Of a stretch of 64,000 bases of DNA, positions 48,623 to 56,872 are shown one piece after another. Under the pieces are notes generated by a model. It was not told the DNA's origin. It saw only the letters and a list, made by a program, of their open reading frames with translations, and did no database searches. Location of the stretch: contig PEZW01000009.1 of NCBI GenBank assembly GCA_002773985.1, forward strand, positions 23,546 to 87,545. Reading direction: 5' to 3'. Origin of the DNA: Candidatus Berkelbacteria bacterium CG10_big_fil_rev_8_21_14_0_10_43_13 (lineage in GTDB: Bacteria > Patescibacteriota > UBA1384 > XYA2-FULL-43-10 > 1-14-0-10-43-13). The stretch's first letter is position 1. Each line of letters starts with the position of its first letter. Made by a program: the position numbers and the translations under genes.

Positions 48623-50075
48623 TGTTTTGCCTTGATTTTAGAACCGCTTCCTTAAATTTCTCGCCGCGATCTTTGTAGTTTTTAAACATATCGAAACTGG
48701 CGCAAGCCGGAGAAAAGATAATCACGTCACCTCGTCGTGCTTCTCGAAGCGCTTGTTGGACTATCTTTTCTAGTGTCTCATGACCAACAATTATTTCGCC
48801 AGAATAACTTGCTATCTCCAGTGATTCTCTAATTTTCGATCCTTCGGCCCCAATCAACACAACAGTCTTCACATTTGTTCCCGCGATTGCCTCGGCCAAC
48901 TTACTAAAATCAGCTCCCTTCGAACTGCCACCAAGTATCAGAATTTTATTCTCGTCAAATGAGTTGATTGCCGCCATTGTCGGATCAGGATTGGTCGCAA
49001 ATGAGTCATTGATAAATTTGATTCCGCCAATCTCTCGGACTAGTTCTAGGCGATGTGGCAGACCGACAAAACGCTTGACTGCCTCACGAGTTATTTCAAT
49101 TGGAATGTTTAATATATCGGCAACAAGCGTCGCCGCAGCAATATTTTCCAAATTGTGTTTGCCGACCAATTTCAAATCACTAATTTCGCAAATCTCTATT
49201 TGACGATTTTGCGGATCGAGAACAACCTTACTCATACCGTTTTCATCGATGACAACACAATCAACAAATTTGTTGTCGCGGGCAAAATATTTAATATTCC
49301 CGCGGATTTTTTTCAAAGTGCCTGGACCAAATGTCGAAGAGTGATTTAAAACAGCATAATCTTCTTTCCCCTGCCACATAAGAATATTATTCTTGGCCGC
49401 TCGGTATTCGGCCTCGTCTTTGTGGTAATCAAGATGATCGACACCAAGATTGGTCATGACAGCGATATGCGGACTTTTGTCTAAATCCGCCAATTGAAAA
49501 TTTGATAGCTCAAGTATGACAACATCACACTTTTGTAGCTGTGGAATCAAGTTGATCGCCGGCTTACCGATATTGCCCGCCAGATAGGTTTTGGGATTTG
49601 GGATTTGGGATTTGGGATTTGATTTGACATTAGAAATTAGAAATTTGGCATTGTTCTCTAATATTGAAAATATTAGAGAACTTGTAGTTCCTTTTCCTTT
49701 GGTTCCGGTGACACCGATAATAGGACAGGGACAAAGATCGAAGAAAAGCTTCATCTGAGACGAAATAGCAACTCCCTGAGATTTGGCTAGCATCAAAGCA
49801 GGATCACGGAAGTAGATTGCTGGTGAGCGAAAAACAATGTCGTATTTTTCTAAATCATCCAGGTATCCGTCACCAAACACTTTGTCGATCCCGTCGTCAA
49901 CTATGATATTGGAAACCAAGTCTTTGAGTTCGCCCTCAGCTTTGTCAACAATCTTTTCAGCCGAATCTCGGTCATGAACAGCTAAACTGCCGACTCGGTT
50001 TTTCAGAAACTCCAAAAGAGCGACACCTTCAATGCCGAGTCCCAAAATAGCAACTCTTTTTCCCTCAAGCTTCAT
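48615..50075 (-). CDS. murD: UDP-N-acetylmuramoylalanine--D-glutamate ligase, with a repeat-derived in-frame insertion after the P-loop
   Basis: GVTGTKGKGTTSS P-loop, then about 25 extra residues (FLISNVKSNPKSQIPNPK) before LAGNIGKP. Confidence 0.9.
   Translation of the reverse strand: MKLEGKRVAILGLGIEGVALLEFLKNRVGSLAVHDRDSAEKIVDKAEGELKDLVSNIIVDDGIDKVFGDGYLDDLEKYDIVFRSPAIYFRDPALMLAKSQGVAISSQMKLFFDLCPCPIIGVTGTKGKGTTSSLIFSILENNAKFLISNVKSNPKSQIPNPKTYLAGNIGKPAINLIPQLQKCDVVILELSNFQLADLDKSPHIAVMTNLGVDHLDYHKDEAEYRAAKNNILMWQGKEDYAVLNHSSTFGPGTLKKIRGNIKYFARDNKFVDCVVIDENGMSKVVLDPQNRQIEICEISDLKLVGKHNLENIAAATLVADILNIPIEITREAVKRFVGLPHRLELVREIGGIKFINDSFATNPDPTMAAINSFDENKILILGGSSKGADFSKLAEAIAGTNVKTVVLIGAEGSKIRESLEIASYSGEIIVGHETLEKIVQQALREARRGDVIIFSPACASFDMFKNYKDRGEKFKEAVLKSRQNND
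49589..49682. repeat. Intragenic repeat block: (TTTGGGA)x4 tandem + ATTAGAAATTAGAAAT + perfect 29-bp palindrome GTTCTCTAATATTGAAAATATTAGAGAAC
   Basis: Seen directly inside the murD coding sequence. Stays in frame. Confidence 0.75.
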
Positions 50076-50113
50076 AGATTTATTTTATACCAATCAAAGC
50101 TCAAAGTAACTAT

Positions 50114-50142
50114 TGACAATTTTTATCAAATAGTGTAGTATA
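50114..50142 (+). promoter_or_regulatory. Near-consensus sigma70 promoter (TTGACA - 17 nt - TAGTAT), plus strand
   Basis: ttgacaatttttatcaaatagtgtagtat. Transcription would run into the GC-rich structured segment. Confidence 0.5.
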
Positions 50143-50149
50143 GTACGCA

Positions 50150-50660
50150 ATCTGAGTTTCGAAGAAACTATTAGTTATTTGTAACTGACAAATGATTAGA
50201 GCTTCTTCGGAAGGATGTGGCCATGCTCATCAAAAGCGGGCTCACAGAGTAACCCGCCGCTGGGGGTCGTAACCAGCGGGGCTGTGGTTGAGCAGCCAAA
50301 GAGTCGGTTCCGGGTGGACCGATCTCACTCAACTAGAGGAGGAAGGGCTTGAAAAAGCTCTTCGACTTCTACTAGCTACATAGAGACCCGAGCGGATTAA
50401 TTCGCATGTCTCATCCCCTTGCCGGTCAGGGTGACCGGTAAATCGGAGCGCGAGTTCATATTGGACACCCGAAAAGCCCGAGACGACATCTCGAGCCGTC
50501 GTGGATACCATAGTACCTCCGCCCTAAAACCGGCCAACCTCCTCCCCATGCACATTTTACTGCGTCTACGAAACCCTGCGGTTTAGCGAGACAATGTTCT
50601 ATGATGCTACGGCGAGGGGTTGGCTAACCCCTCAGCCTTTAATTTATTAAAGATTGAGGC
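50150..50660 (+). ncRNA. Candidate structured ncRNA of unknown class (GC-rich, hairpin-dense, no credible ORF)
   Basis: About 55% GC against about 40% background. Many stable hairpins (cgctgg..ccagcg, cggttccgggtggaccg, ggggttggctaacccc). Promoter upstream, terminator downstream. No RNase P, tmRNA or SRP signatures found by eye. Confidence 0.35.
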
Positions 50661-50667
50661 GAATCAA

Positions 50668-50706
50668 AAAATCCCCACTAGTTTGTGAGGATTTTTTGAT
50701 TTTTGA
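50668..50706. terminator. Bidirectional rho-independent terminator (aaaaaatccccac-tagttt-gtgaggatttttt)
   Basis: Serves the mraY 3' end on the minus strand and the candidate ncRNA on the plus strand. Confidence 0.65.
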
Positions 50707-50752
50707 TGTTAAAAATATGAATCGCAATATTTTCTTTAGAAATTAGAAATTT

Positions 50753-51793
50753 TCAGGACAGTGTTCCCCGCCCGATCAGTGCCAGAGCCATACCGGCGAC
50801 GGTGAAAACGGCAGAGATAATCCAGAAACGCATTGTAATCTTGTACTCCGGCCAACCAATCGCCTCGAAATGATGATGAAGCGGACTAGAGAGAAAAACT
50901 TTCTTCTTCCTGATTTTTTTCGATAAAAATTGAATGATAAAACTCAATCCTTCAATACTAAAAACGGCGGTGATAACAAAAAAGGCAATGACTGAGTTTG
51001 TCAAAAAGGCGACGACACCAAGCGTCATACCGAGTGACATGCTGCCAGTATCGCCCATAAAGAAGCGCGCCGGCGGAATATTGAACCAGAGAAACGAAAA
51101 AAGAGCTCCGACGACAGTAGCACAAAAAACTGCTAAGCCGATCCGACCCTGAGTCAGTGCAATAATGGCGTATGCACTGTAGCAAAGAGCGAAGATACCA
51201 CCAGCCAGACCATCGAGCCCATCAGTTTCGTTCGAGGCAAAAGCGATCCAGACCAGTACTGCGATGAAAAGTGGAATATACCAAGCACCGATTGTAAAAT
51301 CTCCAACCGCCGGAATATGAATGATGTTCCAACCAAGTTTCGAATAAAACCACCAAGCACCAACCGCGGCGATCACTGCATAGACAGGAAATTTTTGTTT
51401 GATACTCAAGCCACCACCCTTTTCGCCGATACCACGAACATTCCAGAGGTCATCGATTGCCCCGACAATTCCTGTCGCTACCAGACAAAAAAGTGGCAGC
51501 CAGGTCGCCGACCGAGATAAATTGAAAAGAATAGTCAAAATCGCCACCGTTATCCAGATCAATAATCCTCCCATCGTCGGCGTACCATCCTTTTTCTGGT
51601 GGAGAGCTGAGTAAATCGGAGCATCAGCGCTGGCCCGAATGCGTTTGGCAATCTTGTTTTTGTACAAAAAACGAGTCAGGATCGGCGTCAGGACGATCGC
51701 TACCAAAAAAGCCACCAGTGCAAACCAACTCATCCTCATCAAATCATCCGGCTGGATGTAAAAAGCCTTTACAATACTCATTCTGTCTCCCAT
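50753..51793 (-). CDS. mraY: Phospho-N-acetylmuramoyl-pentapeptide transferase
   Basis: 10-TM protein with FMGDTGSMSLG and DGLDGLAGG motifs. Confidence 0.9.
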   Translation of the reverse strand: MGDRMSIVKAFYIQPDDLMRMSWFALVAFLVAIVLTPILTRFLYKNKIAKRIRASADAPIYSALHQKKDGTPTMGGLLIWITVAILTILFNLSRSATWLPLFCLVATGIVGAIDDLWNVRGIGEKGGGLSIKQKFPVYAVIAAVGAWWFYSKLGWNIIHIPAVGDFTIGAWYIPLFIAVLVWIAFASNETDGLDGLAGGIFALCYSAYAIIALTQGRIGLAVFCATVVGALFSFLWFNIPPARFFMGDTGSMSLGMTLGVVAFLTNSVIAFFVITAVFSIEGLSFIIQFLSKKIRKKKVFLSSPLHHHFEAIGWPEYKITMRFWIISAVFTVAGMALALIGRGTLS

Positions 51794-51911
51794 TTATATT
51801 TTTCATTGATCATTTTTTATTTCACATTAATTTTTCATTGTTCATTTATCAATTAATAAATCGTTAAATGATAAATTAATGAAAATTTGTAAAATGGAAA
51901 ATGTAAAATTT

Positions 51912-53171
51912 TTATCGTTTCTTTTTTAGCCAAAACTTGCTCTGACGAACCAGTAATTCTGAGGCTTTCTCTGGATTTTTCATCAACTGCTTGCTTGTTT
52001 CCTCAAAAAAATTACCATTTTGTGATGCTTTGACTAAAACCAGGTCTTTTGGTTTGACAATTTTGTTCAGATTTTTTGACAGATCGGCTCTATTGTCATA
52101 AACCAAGACTTTGTCACGCTTGCCATTTGCTATTGCCATGATGCCAGCATTTTTACCAACAAAAACAGTAAGGTCGGCTTTATCACGGCTATAATCGCCC
52201 AAACTTTTATGCTCGTCCAATTCAAAACGACCCAGCTCGTTCATATTTCCGAGAATCGCTACCTTGCGGCCGCTGTATTTAATTTGCTCCAAGACATCAA
52301 GCGCTGCTTTGGCAGAAGTCGGGCTAGAATTATAAGTATCATCGATAATTATACAATCACGTTTTCCTTCAAGCAATCGCATCCTACCAGGTAATGGCTC
52401 GATGCGCTCAAGTGATTTCTTGATTTTGAGCGATTGAATGCCAAATTGGTGCCCGATAATAAAGGCGGGCAATGACGATGCTACGAATTGAGAACCAAGT
52501 AATTTTGATTTTACGGAAATTTTCTGCCCTAAACTGCAAATTCGATAATCGGTCCCCTCGAGAGATGGCTGGACACTTTCAGCATAAAAATCTGACTTGT
52601 GATAAATCGAATAAAATATAATCTTCGCTAAATTAATTTTAGATAGAATGGGATCGTCAGCATTTGCGATAACCAGACCACCCGGTTTTAACTCCTTTGT
52701 GAGAGATATCTTTTCGTTTTGATAATCAGCCAGTGAATCAAAATTACCCAAGTGAGCGCCGGCAGCCGAAGTAATCACTACCATATCAAACTTTAAAATC
52801 CGACCAAAATATGCGATATCGCCAGGCTTATCTACTCCAAGTTCCAAAACCAAATATTTTGGAAATGTTTTTTGAAAAGTTTTCAAATAAGCCTGAAATA
52901 GAAAAAATGGCCAAACCCAATTGGATATTCTTTTCTTTTCTCCGTAGCCCAATATTGACAATGGCAAGCCTAATTCTGAATTAAAATTTCCGTGGCTTTT
53001 TCTAACTTCAGCGCCAAACTTGTCGTACAGAACTTGATAAATCGCTTCCTTGGTTGAGCTTTTGCCAACTGATCCGGTCACGCCGATTACAAACGGGTCG
53101 TGACGACGAATTACTTTTCGTGCTTCTAAAAACAAGATCCAATGAATAAATTTTAATCCCAGTTTTTTCAT
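51912..53171 (-). CDS. murF: UDP-N-acetylmuramoyl-tripeptide--D-alanyl-D-alanine ligase
   Basis: Mur ligase P-loop GVTGSVGKSSTKE. Confidence 0.85.
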   Translation of the reverse strand: MKKLGLKFIHWILFLEARKVIRRHDPFVIGVTGSVGKSSTKEAIYQVLYDKFGAEVRKSHGNFNSELGLPLSILGYGEKKRISNWVWPFFLFQAYLKTFQKTFPKYLVLELGVDKPGDIAYFGRILKFDMVVITSAAGAHLGNFDSLADYQNEKISLTKELKPGGLVIANADDPILSKINLAKIIFYSIYHKSDFYAESVQPSLEGTDYRICSLGQKISVKSKLLGSQFVASSLPAFIIGHQFGIQSLKIKKSLERIEPLPGRMRLLEGKRDCIIIDDTYNSSPTSAKAALDVLEQIKYSGRKVAILGNMNELGRFELDEHKSLGDYSRDKADLTVFVGKNAGIMAIANGKRDKVLVYDNRADLSKNLNKIVKPKDLVLVKASQNGNFFEETSKQLMKNPEKASELLVRQSKFWLKKKR

Positions 53172-53183
53172 ACTTTTTGTGAA

Positions 53184-54932
53184 TTATTGTGATGCTTGTT
53201 TTCCAGGAACATGATAATAATAATTTAACAGAAAAGAGGTAATATCGCCAAAGAGCGGGCCGGCAGTTCGCTCTGCAAATTCAGCCGATTTCGGCTTGTC
53301 TAGTTTGACGATCATCACAAATTTCGGATCATCCGTCGGCGCCATGCCACAAACAGAGTGGATAAATATTCCCAGGTTGGACCCATCCGGACTAGTCATA
53401 TACCCGCCGGTCGGTGATGGAATCTGAGCGGTGCCGGTTTTCGCGCCGACCTGGAAACCTTGAACCTTGGCACCAAGAGAACGATAGTGCAACACATCAT
53501 TGGCAAGCATTGCACGTAGCTCCGTTGCAGTTGATGAAGAAATTATTTGATTACCTTCCTCGCGCTTGATCTCTTTTTCTGTACCATCATTATAAACTAT
53601 ATTGCTGATCAGGTGAGGGTAAATATATCTTCCATTATTTGCAATTGCACCGTAAGCGGCAACCATTTGCAGCGGGGTCACCGAAACACCTTGACCAAAC
53701 GAGATTGTCGCTCTGTTGATATTGCGCCAGTTTTTTACCTTCGGCACCTGCCCTGACTCTTCACCGGTAAGATCGATGCCACTCTTGCTTCCAAAACCAA
53801 ATTTTTGAATATAATTTGACATTATGTCGTTGCCCATCTGGTCGGCTAGCCAGACCATGCCGACATTATCAGAATTCTGTAGGATTTGCGCAACATTTTC
53901 AGTACCAAACGCTTTGCCCTCAGCGGTATGGATCGTGTAACCGTCGACCTCGACCGTTGTACCAAAAGTATTCGTAGTTTCCGGTGTTACCGTCCCAGAA
54001 TCAAGGGCCGCAGAGACAATCAGAGGTTTGAAAATACTTCCCGGCTCATACAAACTACTGATTGCCGGATTTCCAAACAAAGCTTGGTTTGTGTTGGCAG
54101 TTTCACGATAATTATTTGGGTCAAACGTTGGGTTGTTGACCATCGTCAATATTCCGCCGGTGGCCACATCCATAACGATGACCGTCCCCGACTCTGCTTG
54201 CGTTTCTTCTATTGCCTGAGCCAATCTTTTTTCGACATAATATTGAACCGAACGATCAATCGTCAAAACATAGCTCGTACCGTTTTGCGGGTTCGTCTGA
54301 GACAGCATACTGATCATTCGCCCGAGAGTGTCCTTCTCGCCGACAATATCACCATTTTTCCCTTTTAATTCGGAATCATAATAACCTTCGACTCCGTAGT
54401 TGCCAGTGCCCTCACTGTTGACAAAGCCAAGCAACTGCGACGCGAGCGAGCCCTCCGGATAATACCGATTGTACTCCGGCATGACAAAAATACCAGTAAT
54501 ATTCTTGGATGAGATACTATCCGCTTTACTGAGATTTAGACTCTTTTTCAGCGGCGGGATGTAGAGCTTATTGTTGTTAATCAATTCAAATATTTCATTT
54601 TCGGGAATATCAAGAGGCCCAGCCAGGGCAGATGCAGTAGCACGCTTGTCCTTGATCTGATTTGGTACTGCCCAAACGGAGAAACTTTTAACATCAAAAG
54701 CTAGTGGATAATACGCATTTGGGTCAGAAACAGAGTCATGAACCAAGATTTTTCCGCGACTCGCCGTTTCTGTCTCCTCAAAACGTTGCTGGTTTTGTGC
54801 CAATGCCAGATAATGACCGTGTTGGATAACACCGATCCCAGCCATCCTGTAGATCAAGATGAACGAAAGAGCGATCATCATGAAACCAGACAGCATCAGA
54901 CGTGATCCGATTGTCTTTTGGTAAGTATCCAT
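53184..54932 (-). CDS. ftsI: Class B penicillin-binding protein (FtsI/PBP2 transpeptidase)
   Basis: N-terminal TM, dimerization domain, GSIFKP (SxxK) and KTGTAQ motifs. Confidence 0.85.
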   Translation of the reverse strand: MDTYQKTIGSRLMLSGFMMIALSFILIYRMAGIGVIQHGHYLALAQNQQRFEETETASRGKILVHDSVSDPNAYYPLAFDVKSFSVWAVPNQIKDKRATASALAGPLDIPENEIFELINNNKLYIPPLKKSLNLSKADSISSKNITGIFVMPEYNRYYPEGSLASQLLGFVNSEGTGNYGVEGYYDSELKGKNGDIVGEKDTLGRMISMLSQTNPQNGTSYVLTIDRSVQYYVEKRLAQAIEETQAESGTVIVMDVATGGILTMVNNPTFDPNNYRETANTNQALFGNPAISSLYEPGSIFKPLIVSAALDSGTVTPETTNTFGTTVEVDGYTIHTAEGKAFGTENVAQILQNSDNVGMVWLADQMGNDIMSNYIQKFGFGSKSGIDLTGEESGQVPKVKNWRNINRATISFGQGVSVTPLQMVAAYGAIANNGRYIYPHLISNIVYNDGTEKEIKREEGNQIISSSTATELRAMLANDVLHYRSLGAKVQGFQVGAKTGTAQIPSPTGGYMTSPDGSNLGIFIHSVCGMAPTDDPKFVMIVKLDKPKSAEFAERTAGPLFGDITSFLLNYYYHVPGKQASQ

Positions 54933-54997
54933 ATTTAGATCATATCAAAAAATTTACTTTGGGCCTATCATACCAGCACTGTGAACAACTATAAAAA

Positions 54998-55378
54998 TCA
55001 GTTTGCGCCATCAATATAATTGACGTTTGAAACTGGCTGCATCGTGTCTTTTGGAGTGCCACTATCGATATTTCGCAGAGACTGGAGACGAGTTTGCTCA
55101 GCTTGGAGTCGCTCTTCTTCAAGGCCAAGCCTGTCTTTGGTTGATTGAATATCACGCACTTGGATACTTTGGTTTGCTCCAGCAGTTGATTGACTCAAAT
55201 ACACGACCGCCAAAACTGCGACGATAGTTAATGTGACAAACTTAATGGCGCTAGGTCCGATAACAATCGACTTTGAAATCGTCGTTTTCTTCCTGCCCCT
55301 ACCCATTCTATTGCTTCTTGTGACCACAAAATCTCTACCCACAAACCCTCCGAAATCGTTTACGATTTCGCCCCGCAT
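54998..55378 (-). CDS. ftsL: FtsL-like septum formation initiator
   Basis: Single TM plus coiled coil (RLGLEEERLQAEQTRLQSL). Position upstream of ftsI. The start codon may be internal. Confidence 0.5.
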   Translation of the reverse strand: MRGEIVNDFGGFVGRDFVVTRSNRMGRGRKKTTISKSIVIGPSAIKFVTLTIVAVLAVVYLSQSTAGANQSIQVRDIQSTKDRLGLEEERLQAEQTRLQSLRNIDSGTPKDTMQPVSNVNYIDGAN

Positions 55379-55689
55379 AGCTCTTTGAGCGAAGTGGAGC
55401 AGAAATCAACCTGATTTTTAACTTATTGGTTTACAGCTAACGAGCTAACTAACTTACTTTCAGACAATAGGCCAGCACTTTTTCGCACAAATTTTTGTTT
55501 TTGACTTGTCCCGCGAAGCCCGAAAGGCGAAGTGGGATTTTTCCTTTTAAGAACAAGGAGTGTTTTTAAGCTTTACCCCTCCTAAACGGAGCTCCGTTTA
55601 CCCTGAGCGATTCGCCGACCGGCGAAGAGTCGAAGGGTTTGCGTGTCCCGTAGAATAAAGCTTAAAATTTTTGTGTGCTGGCTTATTGT

Positions 55690-56148
55690 CTAAAAGCCAA
55701 TATTTTCCAATTCTTCTGCAACTTCGTCGGAATTTTTTTCCATCTCATCACGGAACTTTGACCATTTTTCTTCCGCCCAAATTTCCAAACGATTATGCAT
55801 CCCCGTAATCACAACTTTATTTTTAATCCCAGCATAGTCGTTTAAATATTTGGGGCAATTGATCCGCCCGGCCTTATCTAAATTTAAATCCATCGCACCC
55901 GACAGGACAAAACGGGAAAATGAACGAGCTTTTTTTTGTGTTATTGGCAGAGCTGAAACCTCATCTGCAATTTTCTGCCACTCTTCGACAGTGTAGAGCC
56001 AGAGGCAACCGTCAAGACCACGGGTCAACACCGCACCAGTCGCCAAATCAGCCCGAAATTTCACCGGAACTGATAGTCTGCCTTTTTCATCAATAGAATG
56101 TGAATATTCGCCGATAAACATGACCCACCAATTGTTAATTTTAACCAA
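55690..56148 (-). CDS. mraZ: Transcriptional regulator MraZ
   Basis: Duplicated MraZ domain with DxxGR motifs (DEKGRLSVP, DKAGRINCP). Confidence 0.85.
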   Translation of the reverse strand: MVKINNWWVMFIGEYSHSIDEKGRLSVPVKFRADLATGAVLTRGLDGCLWLYTVEEWQKIADEVSALPITQKKARSFSRFVLSGAMDLNLDKAGRINCPKYLNDYAGIKNKVVITGMHNRLEIWAEEKWSKFRDEMEKNSDEVAEELENIGF

Positions 56149-56390
56149 CGGCTAATCGTAAAACACTTCAATTTGCCATTCGTTGAATTCGCTATTGGTA
56201 TGACCACTCCACTTCTTCCCACTTTTCAACACCTGAGTATTATTTTAGTCTATAACGATAATTAGTCAAGCCCACTTTCCACACCTAGGGTTTAACATTA
56301 AAAAAACCAGTCAGAGACTGGAAAAATATTTTAAGTTTCCTTTCTTGCTGCCGTCCGCCAAGGCGTACGGCAGCAAGCGGACACACAGGT

Positions 56391-56753
56391 CTAGCCTGTC
56401 TGGACAGTGTAGACTAGCTGCTGGACAAACTCTATTCTGGCTTCCAGCAGGTGGACAACGACCCAACGAAGTTGTTCTTCGGTCGGATCACCCGGATCGA
56501 CGTTTTCCAAACAGCCTTCGTTGTCATAGTGACCAAGATCGGAGTGGGTTTTGACGTATATCGCCACCCGCACCGCAATAGCCACCTCGCAAGGAACAGG
56601 ATGACGACATAGACGCTTCCCCTCGGTATCGACCACCATGATCAATAGGTGATCAACATCGCAGGGCCAGAGCTCGATCCGGTACGGCGCCAGAAACGTA
56701 TTGTCCAGCGCACCAACCAGACACTTCAGCGGGTTCTCAACCTCAACCGGCAC
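56391..56753 (-). CDS. Hypothetical protein in a GC-rich islet
   Basis: 120-aa ORF. Region is about 56% GC. Followed on the minus strand by the hairpin ccagtctctgactgg and an A/T run. Confidence 0.35.
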   Translation of the reverse strand: MPVEVENPLKCLVGALDNTFLAPYRIELWPCDVDHLLIMVVDTEGKRLCRHPVPCEVAIAVRVAIYVKTHSDLGHYDNEGCLENVDPGDPTEEQLRWVVVHLLEARIEFVQQLVYTVQTG

Positions 56754-56872
56754 GGTCTTTCTCCCTTCACGTTGAAATGACTCTATTTTTATACCAAAAA
56801 ATCAACTTTTTTTCAACCAAAAAAGACTCACTAACATGTGAATCTTTTTTTAAATCATTTGCCCAAATTTTT

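Noticed and set aside
50150-50660. tmRNA, RNase P or SRP assignment for the mraY-murD intergenic structured region
   Set aside because: Partial resemblances (AGGGCUUGAAAAAGCUCUUCGAC versus the tmRNA 5' end; GGAAGGAUGUGGCCAUGCUC versus RNase P CR-I) lack the required complementary 3' partners and conserved loops. Not confident, so reported only as an unknown ncRNA candidate.
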